DNA from: an uncultured Planctomycetaceae bacterium
Lineage (GTDB): Bacteria; Planctomycetota; Planctomycetia; Isosphaerales; Isosphaeraceae
Direction of reading: 5' to 3'
DNA length: 64,000 bases
Assembly: GCA_963833985.1 (NCBI GenBank)
Contig: CAWIAD010000002.1
Location: 3,552,001-3,616,000, forward strand
Shown here: piece after piece, positions 1 to 11,492 of the stretch
Position numbering within the stretch: position 1 is the stretch's first letter
Layout of the letters: every line of letters starts with the position of its first letter
Program-made: the position numbers and the translations under genes
Notes under the pieces: model-generated
Database searches by the model: none
Seen by the model: only the letters and a program-made list of their open reading frames with translations
What the model was told of the DNA's origin: nothing

Positions 1-1969
1 GGTCTCTCGGGATCGCTCGGCCATCCCGTTCCGGTCGCGGCGGACGCGGATCGCGCTGGGGCCGTCGTTGTGGGCACGCCGCGCAGCTCACCGCGAATCG
101 CCGGGCTGGGCTGGGACATGCGGCTGGCCGAGCTCGGCGACGAGGGGTTCCTGATCCGGTCGGTCAAGATCGGCGGACACCCCGCAACCGTGATCGCCTC
201 GCAGACCGAGATCGGCTCGCTCTACGGCGCCTTTCACTTTCTGAGGCTCGTGCAGACCGGCCAGGACATCCAGAGGCTGGACGTGAGCGAGAAACCCCGC
301 CTGTCCCTCCGCATGCTGGACCACTGGGACAACCTGAACGGCACCATCGAACGCGGTTACGCCGGCCGGTCCCTCTGGGACTGGAACTCCCTGCCCGATG
401 CGCCCGGGCCGCGTCTGCGCGACTACGCCCGCGCCTGCGCCTCGGTGGGCATCAACGGATCCGTTCTTAACAACGTGAACGCGCGTTCGGAGGTCCTTGG
501 CGCCGCATACCTGGGCAAGGTGGCGGCGATTGCCGGCGTGTTCCGCCCCTACGGCCTGAAGGTTTACCTCTCCGCGCGGTTCGCGGCGCCGATCGAGCTG
601 GGAGGGCTGAAGACGGCTGATCCGCTGGATCCTTCCGTGATCGCCTGGTGGAAGGAGAAGGCCGACGAGATTTACCGGCTCATCCCGGACTTCGGCGGCT
701 TCCTGGTGAAGGCCAGCAGCGAGGGTCAGCCGGGACCGCACGTCTACCATCGCAGCCACGCCGACGGGGCAAACCTGCTGGCTGCCGCGCTGGCTCCTCA
801 CAAGGGGGTCGTGATCTGGCGCGCCTTTGTTTATGACCCGAAGCCCGGTACCGACCGCGCCGCGGCCGCCTACGATTCGCTCCAGCACCTCGACGGCCAG
901 TTCGCGCCGAACGTCCTGCTCCAGGTGAAGAACGGGCCCATCGACTTTCAGCCGCGCGAGCCGTTCCACCCCCTCTTCGGCGCCATGCCGAAAACTAACC
1001 TCATGCTCGAGGTCCAGATCACCCAGGAGTACCTTGGCTCAGCGAACCACCTGGTTTTTCTGGCCCCGATGTGGCGCGAGTGCCTTGATGCGGACACCTT
1101 CGCCAGCGGGCCCGGCTCAACCGTGAGCCGGGTACTGGACGGCTCGCTTTCCGGCCGAGGTCTCACCGGCATGGCCGGCGTGGCGAACACCGGCTCGGAC
1201 CGCAACTGGACCGGCCACCCTTTCGCTCAAGCCAACTGGTATGCCTTCGGCCGTCTCGCCTGGAACCCCAGCCTGCCATCGCAGCAGATCGCGCGTGAGT
1301 GGATCGCGCTGACCCTCACTCACGACCGCGCCGCCGCGGACGCCATCGCAGGCATCATGCTCGGATCGCACGAGGCCGAGGTCGATTTCATGACGCCCCT
1401 CGGCTTGCACCACATCATGTGGCCCGGCCACCACTATGGCCCTGCCCCCTGGTGGGACCGGGACGTCCGCCCGGACTGGAACGCCGTGTATTACCACCGC
1501 GCCGACGCGACGGGCCTGGGCTTCGACCGTACCGCCGCCGGCAGCGGCGCGGTGAGCCAGTATAAGGCACCCGTGAACACCCGCTTCGCCGATCTGGCGA
1601 CCTGTCCCGAAGCTTTGCTCCTCTGGTTCCACCACGTCCCCTGGGATCACCGCATGCGCTCAGGCCGAACGCTCTGGGACGAACTGGCCTGGCATTATCA
1701 GCACGGGGTTGACTGGGTGCGGACCGCGCCGGCAATGGGATGCTCTCGCCGGCGCGATCGACCCGGAGCGGCACGCCGACGTCGCGCGCCGGCTGGCGAT
1801 CCAGGAGCGCGACGCTGTCTGGTGGAGGAACGCCGTGCTGCTCTACTTCCAGACCTTCTCCCATCGCCCGTTGCCCGCGGGAGTTGAACCACCGGATCGG
1901 ACGCTGGAAGACTACAGGTCCCGGAGCCTGTTGCGGGCGGAAACTCCCGGGCCGAAGAACACCCCCTGA
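1..1969 (+). pseudogene. aguA: GH67 alpha-glucuronidase, 5'-partial, frameshifted near 1725-1730 (real lesion or sequencing error)
   Basis: Motifs [45 protein letters not shown] and QITQEYLG. Frame 1 is open from base 1. After GVDWVRTA the family C-terminus (RRQWDAL...[21 protein letters not shown]) continues in the frame of ORF 1709..1969. Confidence 0.9.
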
Positions 1970-1976
1970 GCCTGAC

Positions 1977-3221
<1,245 letters not shown>

Positions 3222-3244
3222 TCGTCACCTCGGGGGAAGAGCCC

Positions 3245-4570
3245 ATGCCCGGACGTTCGCATGTGGTCGAGACGCCGCAGGCCGCGTCGCAGCCTGGCCC
3301 GAACGCGCCGGTCCGCGTCGGCCATTACCGGTGGATCATCTGTGGGTTGTTGTTCCTTGCGACGACGATCAACTACCTGGATCGCCAGGTACTCGGCATC
3401 CTGGCGGACCCGCTCCAGAAAGAGCTAGGCTGGTCCGAGTCTCAGTACGGCTGGATCGCGACGGCGTTCACGGGGGCCTACGCGGCCGGGCAGGTCTTCA
3501 TGGGCGGCCTCATGGACCTGCTGGGGACGCGCATGGGCTTCAGCCTTGCGGTGCTTTGCTGGAGCGTGGCCGCGATGGGGCATGCGCTCGCCCGTTCAGC
3601 GCTGGGCTTCAGCATGGCCAGGCTCGCGCTGGGCCTGAGCGAATCGGGCAACTTCCCGGCGGCCGTGAAGACGGTGGCCGAATGGTTTCCGAAGCGTGAG
3701 CGCGCCCTGGCGACAGGCATCTTCAACTCCGGCTCGAACCTCGGGGCGATCATCGCACCGCTGACCGTCCCCTGGATCGCGGTCCATTACGGGTGGCAAT
3801 GGGCCTTCGTGATCACCGGGGCAACGGGTTTCGTGTGGCTGGCCGCCTGGCTGGCCATCTACCGCAGGCCGGAGGAGCATCCGCGGCTCTCGCAGGCGGA
3901 GCTCGCTCATATCCGCAGCGACCCGGCCGAGCCGACGACCCGGATTGCCTGGGCAAGTCTGCTGCGCCATCGTCAGACCTGGGCCTTCGCGCTCGGCAAG
4001 TTTTGCACCGACCCGATCTGGTGGTTCTTCCTGTTCTGGCTGCCGAAGTTTCTTCATTCGACCTACGGCATCACGCTGCAAGGCCTGGGCGCTCCGCTGG
4101 TGGTGATCTACCTGGCCGCGGACCTGGGCAGCATCGGCGGCGGCTGGATCTCCTCGAGCCTGATCCACCGCGGCTGGTCTGTGAACGCCGGCCGGAAAAC
4201 GGCCATGCTCCTGTGTGCCCTCTGCGTGGTGCCCATCGTGCTGGCCGTGCGTGCGTCGAACCTGTGGACCGCCGTCGGGCTCATCAGCCTGGCGACCGCC
4301 GCACACCAGGGCTGGTCGGCGAATCTCTTCACCCTCGTCTCCGACACATTCCCGCGCCGGGCCGTGGGCTCGGTGGTCGGCATCGGCGGCCTGACCGGCT
4401 CGGCGGGCGGCATGCTCATCGCCACCGCGACAGGATACCTGCTGGAATGGACAGGAAGCTACGTGCCGATCTTCTGCATGGCCGCGTCGGCCTACCTCGT
4501 CGCGCTCGCCATCATTCACCTGCTGGTGCCCGACCTGCGCCCGGCGACATTGCAAGAGACCGAAACATGA
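3245..4570 (+). CDS. exuT: MFS transporter, ACS family, hexuronate transporter-like
   Basis: RWIICGLLFLATTINYLDRQ, ESGNFPAAVKTVAEWFPKRERALATGIFNSG, DPIWWFFLFWLP and AHQGWSANLFT; about 12 hydrophobic segments. Confidence 0.85.
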   Translation: MPGRSHVVETPQAASQPGPNAPVRVGHYRWIICGLLFLATTINYLDRQVLGILADPLQKELGWSESQYGWIATAFTGAYAAGQVFMGGLMDLLGTRMGFSLAVLCWSVAAMGHALARSALGFSMARLALGLSESGNFPAAVKTVAEWFPKRERALATGIFNSGSNLGAIIAPLTVPWIAVHYGWQWAFVITGATGFVWLAAWLAIYRRPEEHPRLSQAELAHIRSDPAEPTTRIAWASLLRHRQTWAFALGKFCTDPIWWFFLFWLPKFLHSTYGITLQGLGAPLVVIYLAADLGSIGGGWISSSLIHRGWSVNAGRKTAMLLCALCVVPIVLAVRASNLWTAVGLISLATAAHQGWSANLFTLVSDTFPRRAVGSVVGIGGLTGSAGGMLIATATGYLLEWTGSYVPIFCMAASAYLVALAIIHLLVPDLRPATLQETET

Positions 4571-4650
4571 CCCGGGCATGGTCCGCTCACCTGGCAAGTC
4601 GTTATACTGCCCACACAAGTCCAATTCGCGGATTCGACGGAGAACCTTCC

Positions 4651-4767
4651 ATGTCAAGCCCTCGGGTCTTCACCCACGGGCATGCCGTCGCCATTGGAGT
4701 CGGCAATGACCTGCCGATGACCGTGACCGACGCGACCGCCGTCGCACAGATCTTGACCGACCCCGCC
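4651..4767 (+). pseudogene. N-terminal fragment of a caspase-family (peptidase C14) protein
   Basis: MSSPRVFTHGHAVAIGVGNDLPMTVTDATAVAQILTDPA resembles the first strand and helix of bacterial metacaspase domains. The resemblance stops at 4768, where a transposon-end-like sequence begins. Confidence 0.55.
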
Positions 4768-4791
4768 TGTGAGTGCTCAAGACAATCGATG
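4768..4791 (+). mobile_element. Isolated transposon-end-like sequence
   Basis: TGTGAGTGCTCAAGACAATCGATG matches the element end at 11373 (TGAGAGTGGCCGCGATAATCGATG) at 18/24 positions by hand alignment. Confidence 0.5.
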
Positions 4792-5074
4792 CGGGCACGG
4801 GCAGTTTTGACCAGATTCCCTGATCTTCGGCCGCGGTATCGCCACAGAAACCAAGATCTGTAACGGGTCGCGAGGGAAGCGTCTTCCCCGTGGGCTGGCA
4901 TCGCATACACGTTGATAAACCTGTGTTATCAGAAATCTGCAGAGGACATGAAGCGTGTGATCGCAGATGGTGAAGCTCCTGCGCTTATTTTTCGCGGAAG
5001 GATGCATTTTCCCTTGCATCCCGTTAAGATTATCGGCCAGATCGACATTCCACGAACCGACTAGGCCACAGGCC

Positions 5075-5656
5075 GTGAACCCGACTTCCCTCAGCTTGCT
5101 CGACCGGCTCAAGGCGGCCCGGCCCGACGCCTCCGACTGGGGCCGGATGCAGGGGGTCTATCTGCCCCTGATCGAGCGCTGGCTCAGTCGCGTTCCCGGA
5201 CTCGGGGATGAGTCCGCCGACCTGGCCCAGGAGGTTCTCGTCGTGGTGTTCCGCGAGGCTCCCCGGTTCGACAGGCAGCGTCATGGGTCGTTCCGGGCCT
5301 GGCTTCGGCAGGTGACGGTGAACAAGATCCGGAACTATCGTCGGAAGCGGTACCACCGACCCGCCGTCGGGCTTGATTCAGCCGGCGAGTTTCTCGAACG
5401 GATCTCCGACCCGAACGACGACCTCGCTCGGGAGTGGGACCGAGATCACGACAAGCACGTCGTCGAAAAGCTCCTGGCCATCGTGCAACGCGATTTCACT
5501 CCGGTGACCTGGGAGGCGTTCCAGCGGTTCGGCCTCGAGGGTGTCCCGGCAGGGCGTGTGGCCGAGGAATTGGGCCTTACCGAGAACGCGGTCATACTGG
5601 CCAAATCTCGGGTACTCAAGCGGTTAAGGGAGGAAGCCGGCGAACTACTGCTGTAG
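5075..5656 (+). CDS. ECF (sigma-70 group 4) RNA polymerase sigma factor
   Basis: PTSLSLLDRLK, DLAQEV, GSFRAWLRQVT.N, and region 4 VAEELGLTENAV..AKSRVLKRLRE. GTG start at 5075 is preferred over 4967. Confidence 0.9.
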   Translation: MNPTSLSLLDRLKAARPDASDWGRMQGVYLPLIERWLSRVPGLGDESADLAQEVLVVVFREAPRFDRQRHGSFRAWLRQVTVNKIRNYRRKRYHRPAVGLDSAGEFLERISDPNDDLAREWDRDHDKHVVEKLLAIVQRDFTPVTWEAFQRFGLEGVPAGRVAEELGLTENAVILAKSRVLKRLREEAGELLL

Positions 5657-5741
5657 GAGATTCTTTTCGCGACAGGTTCGAAGCGGAGCAGGCCTTTCAT
5701 CTTCTGAAAGAGTCACTCGACCCGGTTCCGGAGACCGACCG

Positions 5742-8700
5742 ATGAACGCCCATGTGGCCCTGCATCCGACCGAACAGACCCTGAGCTTCTTCGCCCTGGG
5801 CAAGCTTGACGACGCCTCGTCCGAGGCGGTCAGCAAGCACCTGGAGCAATGCCCGGATTGTCGGAAACGGGCTGGCGAGATGTCGGCCGACAGCTTCCTC
5901 AATCAGGTCCGCGGCGCTCAGGCGCGGTTGGACTCGCCCGCTGCGGCCGACTCGCCGGTCGTCGGAGTTTCGATGCCGGCCGGCGGCCCGACTTCCCCGG
6001 CACCACCTCCGAAGTGCACGCTGCCTCCGGGCCTGGCCGACCACCCTGATTACGAGATCCTTCGTGAGCTCGGCAGGGGCGGCATGGGGGTGGTCTACCT
6101 GGCCCAGAACAGGCTCATGGGGCGGACGGAAGTGCTCAAGGTCGTCGGCGGTCACCTGATCAACCGCCAAGGCGTTCTCGAACGTTTTCAGCGCGAGATC
6201 CGGTCCGCGGCAAACCTGCACCATACCAATATCGTCACGGCGTATGCGGCGTTCCGCGCTGGCGAGAGCCTCGTCTATGCCATGGAATACGTGGAGGGCT
6301 ACGACCTCGCCCAACTCGTCAGGGGAAAAGGCCCGCTCAAGGTGCCGCACGCGTGCAACTTCGTGCATCAGGCGGCCCTGGGTCTTCACTACGCTCACGC
6401 GAAGGGCATGGTGCACCGAGACATCAAGCCCAGCAACCTCATGGTGGCCCGCGAGGGAAAAAAGCCGGTCGTGAAGGTGCTCGACTTCGGCCTGGCCAAG
6501 GTCACCAGCGAGGGTGCGGTCGACGGCGGCCTGACCCACGAGGGGCAGATGCTCGGCACGCCCGACTACATCGCCCCTGAGCAGATCCGCAACGCCCGGC
6601 GCGCTGATATCCGCGCCGATATCTACAGTCTGGGCTGCACGCTGTATTACCTCCTGACCGGCAAGCCGCCGTTCCAGGGGGACAGCCTCTACGATATTCT
6701 CCAGGCGCAGCATTCGATGAATGCGACGCCGCTGAACCTGGTGCGGCCGGAGGTGCCGGTTGAAGTGGCCGCGATCGTGGCCAAGATGATGGCCAAGGAG
6801 CCGGGCCGGCGGTTCCAGCAGCCCAAGGAGGTCGCCCAGGCGCTCAAGCCCTTCTTCAAGTCGGTGCATCCGGCCGTCCATGGGCAGGAGTCGGAAGTCT
6901 CCCGGGCCGGCCAGACGGGATCGGATCGGCCGGTGGCTGGCCTCGTCTCCACGCCGACTCAACCAGCGACCCTCGATGAAGGGAAGGCCGTCCGACCTAA
7001 GAGTCCGGCGGAGCCGTCCTCACCCGCGGCGCCTTGGCAGAGCCTGATCGACCTCGGAGAGATGGAACGCACCCAAAACCAGACGCCTGCCCTCGCACCG
7101 ATGCGGTGGCGTCCCTGGTTCTGGCCGTCGGTCGCCTTCGGGGCCTTGATCCTCGGGCTTCTCATCGCGTGGGGGGTCGTTATCCGGGTCAGGACCACCG
7201 ATGGGATGATCGAGCTGGTGAACCTCCCGAGGGATGCCGAGGTTCTCGTGAACGGCAAGGTGGTCGCCGTGACCTGGCCGGGCGGTGGCAAGGCGGCGGT
7301 GATCACGGTCCCCACCGGCAAACGCAGGGTCGAGGTGAAGAAGGATGGATTCGAGGTTTCCGGTGACGAGGTGACCGTCCTGGCAGGAGTTAAGGAAACG
7401 TTCACCGTGCGGCTTGTTCCTCTCGCAGACTCTCGCCCCCAACCGGATACTGCCGCCGATCGCACGGTTCGCTCAGAAGACTCCAGGACGCCATCGGCAC
7501 CCGTCGAGCGAGGGGCCGCCACGCCGACTCCGACGTCTCCACCAGTCCTCGATGCCAGTTCCAGCACCAAGCCGGCGGTCGCCGGGGACGCCAAGGACCC
7601 GAAGCCCGATCCATCTCGGCGCGGCGCGAACGAGCCGGCACACGTTCAGGCGATCGACGCGGCTATCGCGCTGCGCGGGAAGGCGGAGATTGTCTCCGGG
7701 AGTTGGCTCGTCGAAGGGGGGGAGTTGATGCAGGCAGACGCGGGCAAGTTGGGCAAGTTGCTATTCGGCGACCTCCGCTGGACCGACTACGATTTCACGG
7801 TAGAGCTGATGCGAGACAAAGGACTCGGCGATACAGGTCTGTTTTTCCACCGAACCCTCCGGAACGATAACCAAATCTGGTTCGGGTTCGGGGGCGCCAT
7901 CGGTGAAGAAAGGGATGCCTGTGGGATCGTCGCCTTCAAGGATGGGAAGGAGAAGATGCTGCACGGCGGGGTTAAGTTCCACCTCGTCGACCGCAGGTGG
8001 TATCGGGCTCGCGTCAGCGTTCGCCGCAACCACATCGTCTGCACGCTCCACGACGATCAAGGTAACGAGCCTGTGCACCTTAATGCCGACTACGACCGCC
8101 TCCCGTGCGGGCAGGTTGGATTACATACCGGGAGGTCCTCCTATCGGTTCAGGAACATCAAGGTAACGGACCCCGACGGGAAAACCCTGTGGGAGATGCC
8201 GCCCGCGATCGGGGAGTCACCTCGGCAGCCGGGAGGCGAAAAGAACGTCGCAGCCGAACGAACGGCTTCCCGACCGACGGCGCCGGCCCCCGCGCAAACG
8301 ACGCCACCCGGGGAAAGGGCAAACTCGGCCAAGCCAAGTCGGATGGCGCAGATCCTCGATGGATCATGGGAAGTCCGAGGGGATGAATTGGTGTATACGG
8401 ACGAAGTCGAAGGGGACAACATGATCCTCCTAGGCGATTCTATATTAACACGTTATGACATGAAATTCAAGGCGAATATCGTCTCGGGAGATGACGGGTT
8501 TGCGGCAGTCTTTCATCATCAATTCGCAAAATCTGTGAAATCACATATATTCCGCGTCGGCGCTGAACATGGGAGCGTCAACCAGTTGTTAACTCGCGCA
8601 AATCGCACCCACGAAGAGAGCATGCGGACGGAAACCGGGCGCTGGTACGATGTTCGGCTCGAGGTCCGTGACGCTCAATATCAGTGCTATCTCAATGATC

Positions 8701-8996
8701 GGATGCTGTTTCAGGGAAGCGATGAGAATCTCAGCAAAGGCCGGGTGGGTCTGATCTCTTGGGGGGCGACAGTCACTCGTTTCAAGGACATCATCATCTC
8801 CACACCGGATGGGAAGACCATCTGGAGCGGCCCGCCGGACTGCCTGACAGACGGCGCGGGGAAGATCGTCTGGCAAGCCTCGGAGAAATCCGGCGGCGGC
8901 GTAAGGCGGACTCCGACCGATCCCGGCGGGCGAGGGCGGCGCAACCGTGTCCCGAAACCGAGACGCAACGAGCTCCCTGGCTCCCGCGACACATGA
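5742..8996 (+). CDS. Membrane Hanks-type Ser/Thr protein kinase with N-terminal HxxxCxxC zinc finger and two extracytoplasmic DUF1080-like (lectin/GH16-like) domains
   Basis: HLEQCPDC; LGRGGMGVVY, VHRDIKPSN, LDFGLAK, GTPDYIAPEQ and DIYSLG; a TM helix near aa 460-480; two repeats of G.W.V.G.EL ... WY.VR..VR ... G.VGL ... F..I....PDGKT.W. Confidence 0.9.
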   Translation: MNAHVALHPTEQTLSFFALGKLDDASSEAVSKHLEQCPDCRKRAGEMSADSFLNQVRGAQARLDSPAAADSPVVGVSMPAGGPTSPAPPPKCTLPPGLADHPDYEILRELGRGGMGVVYLAQNRLMGRTEVLKVVGGHLINRQGVLERFQREIRSAANLHHTNIVTAYAAFRAGESLVYAMEYVEGYDLAQLVRGKGPLKVPHACNFVHQAALGLHYAHAKGMVHRDIKPSNLMVAREGKKPVVKVLDFGLAKVTSEGAVDGGLTHEGQMLGTPDYIAPEQIRNARRADIRADIYSLGCTLYYLLTGKPPFQGDSLYDILQAQHSMNATPLNLVRPEVPVEVAAIVAKMMAKEPGRRFQQPKEVAQALKPFFKSVHPAVHGQESEVSRAGQTGSDRPVAGLVSTPTQPATLDEGKAVRPKSPAEPSSPAAPWQSLIDLGEMERTQNQTPALAPMRWRPWFWPSVAFGALILGLLIAWGVVIRVRTTDGMIELVNLPRDAEVLVNGKVVAVTWPGGGKAAVITVPTGKRRVEVKKDGFEVSGDEVTVLAGVKETFTVRLVPLADSRPQPDTAADRTVRSEDSRTPSAPVERGAATPTPTSPPVLDASSSTKPAVAGDAKDPKPDPSRRGANEPAHVQAIDAAIALRGKAEIVSGSWLVEGGELMQADAGKLGKLLFGDLRWTDYDFTVELMRDKGLGDTGLFFHRTLRNDNQIWFGFGGAIGEERDACGIVAFKDGKEKMLHGGVKFHLVDRRWYRARVSVRRNHIVCTLHDDQGNEPVHLNADYDRLPCGQVGLHTGRSSYRFRNIKVTDPDGKTLWEMPPAIGESPRQPGGEKNVAAERTASRPTAPAPAQTTPPGERANSAKPSRMAQILDGSWEVRGDELVYTDEVEGDNMILLGDSILTRYDMKFKANIVSGDDGFAAVFHHQFAKSVKSHIFRVGAEHGSVNQLLTRANRTHEESMRTETGRWYDVRLEVRDAQYQCYLNDRMLFQGSDENLSKGRVGLISWGATVTRFKDIIISTPDGKTIWSGPPDCLTDGAGKIVWQASEKSGGGVRRTPTDPGGRGRRNRVPKPRRNELPGSRDT

Positions 8997-9206
8997 AGAA
9001 AACAGCCACCCCAGGCGCTATGGACAGGAGCCCGAATTCTACGAGGGTTGAAGCTCAGATCGCTTGCATGCCGTGTTCAAGCGGTCTCTCTGCTGATCCG
9101 ATGACATTCGATGAAGGGATCTCGTGACAAGATCCCGCAAAGCATCGACATGAAAAGCGTTGGCGATCGTCTGAAGTTATTACTGTTTCAAGAGTTGTAA
9201 CCGACA

Positions 9207-9226
9207 AGGGGACTTGAGCCCCTGAC
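9207..9226 (-). repeat. Degenerate second copy of the tRNA T-arm (older att remnant)
   Basis: AGGGGACTTGAGCCCCTGAC versus AGGGGACTTGAACCCCTGAC in the att site, 19/20 identical. Confidence 0.6.
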
Positions 9227-9285
9227 ACATCGCCCCTTTCATGCAGGCACTGTGGCGCCGATTCTAACGCGGTCAAGGACTGAGT

Positions 9286-9305
9286 TTGGTGACGATTGGT
9301 GACGA
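9286..9305. repeat. 10-bp tandem repeat (TTGGTGACGA x2), possible integrase arm sites
   Basis: Perfect tandem repeat between the two tRNA remnants. Confidence 0.5.
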
Positions 9306-9376
9306 AATACCGAAGAAAATCGAAATGGCTTCAGACGTCGATGTTTCTAACTGCCGAGTAAATTACGACTTATGAA

Positions 9377-9423
<47 letters not shown>

Positions 9424-9461
9424 AAGGTAATTGAGTTTCCCTGGAAAAATACTATACTTTG

Positions 9462-9502
9462 TGTGATAAACCATCCTGATTTATCACAGAATTTATCACA
9501 GA
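9462..9502. repeat. ATTTATCACAGA x2 tandem plus inverted TGTGATAAA, probable integrase arm-type sites
   Basis: Perfect 12-bp tandem repeat at 9479-9490 and 9491-9502; inverted 9-bp copy at 9462-9470; located between the att core and the integrase start. Confidence 0.6.
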
Positions 9503-9616
9503 TCCAGGGAGACTTATGCTATGCCAGTGAACTACGAAATGACTTGGGAACCGTCCACCAAGAGGTGGCGGAAGATGGTCCACGGGAGAGTTTTGATCAT
9601 CTCTTTCAGGCAACTA

Positions 9617-10789
9617 GTGTCCTGAGTTACAAATTCACCAAATAACCTTGACTTATCATGTATTCGTCATATAATCTCTCAAAGGAGATTTATGATGAAT
9701 AAAGGTGGTCGCCCCAAGGCTACTCTCACTTTGAATGATGTCGAGCGCCAGAAACTCGAAGCGTGGTCGCGCCGGCCCAAGACCAGCCAGCGTCTCGCCC
9801 TCCGTTCGCGGATCATCTTGGCTTGCGCTCAAGGTTTCGATAATCAGGAAGTCGCCGCACAGCTCCGGGTGAATGTCGTGACGGTCGGGAAATGGCGGAA
9901 ACGTTTCCTCCTCGATCGTCTCGACGGCCTGTCCGACGAGCCAAGGCCGGGGGCGCCCTGCAAAATCACGGACGCAATGGTCGAGGCCGTTGTGACCAAG
10001 ACTCTGGAGGAGAAACCCAAGGCCGCCACGCATTGGAGCACTCGGGGCATGGCGGAAGCCGTCGGCTTGTCTCAGACAGCGATCTCGCGTATCTGGCGAG
10101 CGTTCGAGTTGAAGCCTCACCGCAGCGAGACGTTCAAGCTTTCCACGGACCCCTTTTTCATCGAGAAGGTCCGCGACATCGTCGGGTTGTATATGAGCCC
10201 GCCGGAGCGCGCTATCGTCTTGAGCATCGACGAGAAGAGCCAGGTGCAAGCGTTGGACCGTACCCAGCCGTTGCTTCCCATGGGGCCTGGCCAGGCGGAG
10301 AGGCGAACTCCGGATTATGTACGCAATGGGACGACTTCGCTGTTCGCCGCCTTGGACGTCGCGACAGGTCGTGTGATTGGCAAATGCTACCGTCGCCATC
10401 GACAACAAGAATTCCTCAAATTCCTCAACGAGATCGATAGCCAGATCGCCAAAGCACCAGGCGTCGAGATTCACCTCGTCATGGACAACTACGGCACACA
10501 CAAAGCTCCAGCCGTGAAGCGGTGGTTCGCTCGCCATCCCGAGTATCATCTGCATTTCACTCCCACCAGCGGCTCTTGGCTGAACCAGGTTGAACGATTC
10601 TTCGCGGAGATTACCGAGAAGCGAATTCGCCGTGGAGTATTCCGGAGCGTGGCGGCGTTGGAACAGGCGATCCATGAATTCCTGGCAAAACACAACGTAA
10701 ATCCCAAGCCTTTCGTATGGACGGCAGATGCTGATATGATCTTAGATCGAGTGGCGAGGGTTTGTGAGCGAACTTCTAACTCAGGACAC
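9617..10789 (+). mobile_element. IS630-family insertion sequence
   Basis: Inverted repeats (CTA)GTGTCCTGAGTTA at 9614-9629 and TAACTCAGGACAC(TAG) at 10777-10792; TA duplicated in a CTAG target. Confidence 0.95.
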
Positions 10790-10792
10790 TAG
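9692..10792 (+). CDS. IS630-family transposase
   Basis: HTH region, [25 protein letters not shown] and [10 protein letters not shown] (DDE triad). Confidence 0.95.
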   Translation: MMNKGGRPKATLTLNDVERQKLEAWSRRPKTSQRLALRSRIILACAQGFDNQEVAAQLRVNVVTVGKWRKRFLLDRLDGLSDEPRPGAPCKITDAMVEAVVTKTLEEKPKAATHWSTRGMAEAVGLSQTAISRIWRAFELKPHRSETFKLSTDPFFIEKVRDIVGLYMSPPERAIVLSIDEKSQVQALDRTQPLLPMGPGQAERRTPDYVRNGTTSLFAALDVATGRVIGKCYRRHRQQEFLKFLNEIDSQIAKAPGVEIHLVMDNYGTHKAPAVKRWFARHPEYHLHFTPTSGSWLNQVERFFAEITEKRIRRGVFRSVAALEQAIHEFLAKHNVNPKPFVWTADADMILDRVARVCERTSNSGH

Positions 10793-11492
10793 TGAAACTG
10801 GGCTACCTGCCCGGTCGCACACCAGAAACGAAAGAGCATTCTCGCGATGCCGCCAACTGCTGGCTCGCCGATCAGTTGGGTAAGAGAACACCCAGCCGAT
10901 ACGACCGCGTGCTCCAAGAACTGGAAGCCCGTAAGGCTTGGTCGCAACAGGAGGGACACGACGCCAGAGGGGTCGATCAGATGATCGCGTTCGTGAGCGG
11001 GCTTTCAGAGAATGATCCTGATGCCGCCGATGCCGACGCCTTCATCGACCCCTTCCTTGATGTGCGTGCGGGAGATCCCATGAACCTAGTCTGGCGGGAT
11101 CGGCTGGCACGGTCCAAGCCCACGCCGACCGACCGCACCGTTGGGTTCTGGATCGCCAAGTTCCTGGAACTGCGGGACGTGGACGTGAAGGCAGGTGAGT
11201 TGAGCCGTGACGGGTACGATCAGTGCCGATGGGCTATGGATGCCTTCAAGGAATGGCTCGCGCCGTCCCTGCCCATCGATAAGCTGGACTCCGATCGATG
11301 GGTCAGTTGGTACAAGCACGTGCAAAGCCTGGAAAACAAGGCGTGGACCAAGAAGAAGCTGTTCAGCTATCCTGAGAGTGGCCGCGATAATCGATGGCCA
11401 TCTGGGCAAGATAATCGGTGGTGTATTTCACTGCAGGAGGATCGTTCCGTTCCCCTCTCCGGAAGGGGAACGGAACGGTCCGCTCCGGATGA

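Larger units (their letters stand above)
9521..11372 (+). pseudogene. Tyrosine recombinase/integrase, interrupted by IS630 and truncated by a second transposon
   Basis: Removing IS630 plus one TA joins MPVNYEMTWEPSTKRWRKMVHGRVLIISFRQL (9521-9616) in frame to [24 protein letters not shown]...TVGFWIAKFLELR..DVKAGELS...Y (10792-11372). This reads like the arm-binding and core-binding regions of an integrase. The catalytic domain is missing, so the call also rests on the adjacent att site. Confidence 0.7.

Noticed and set aside
1740..1976. N-terminal extension of the enolase ORF
   Set aside because: It overlaps the true aguA C-terminus; the family-like sequence starts at ATG 1977.
9656..10693. 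345-aa minus-strand ORF
   Set aside because: Antisense shadow of the IS630 transposase with no recognisable motifs.
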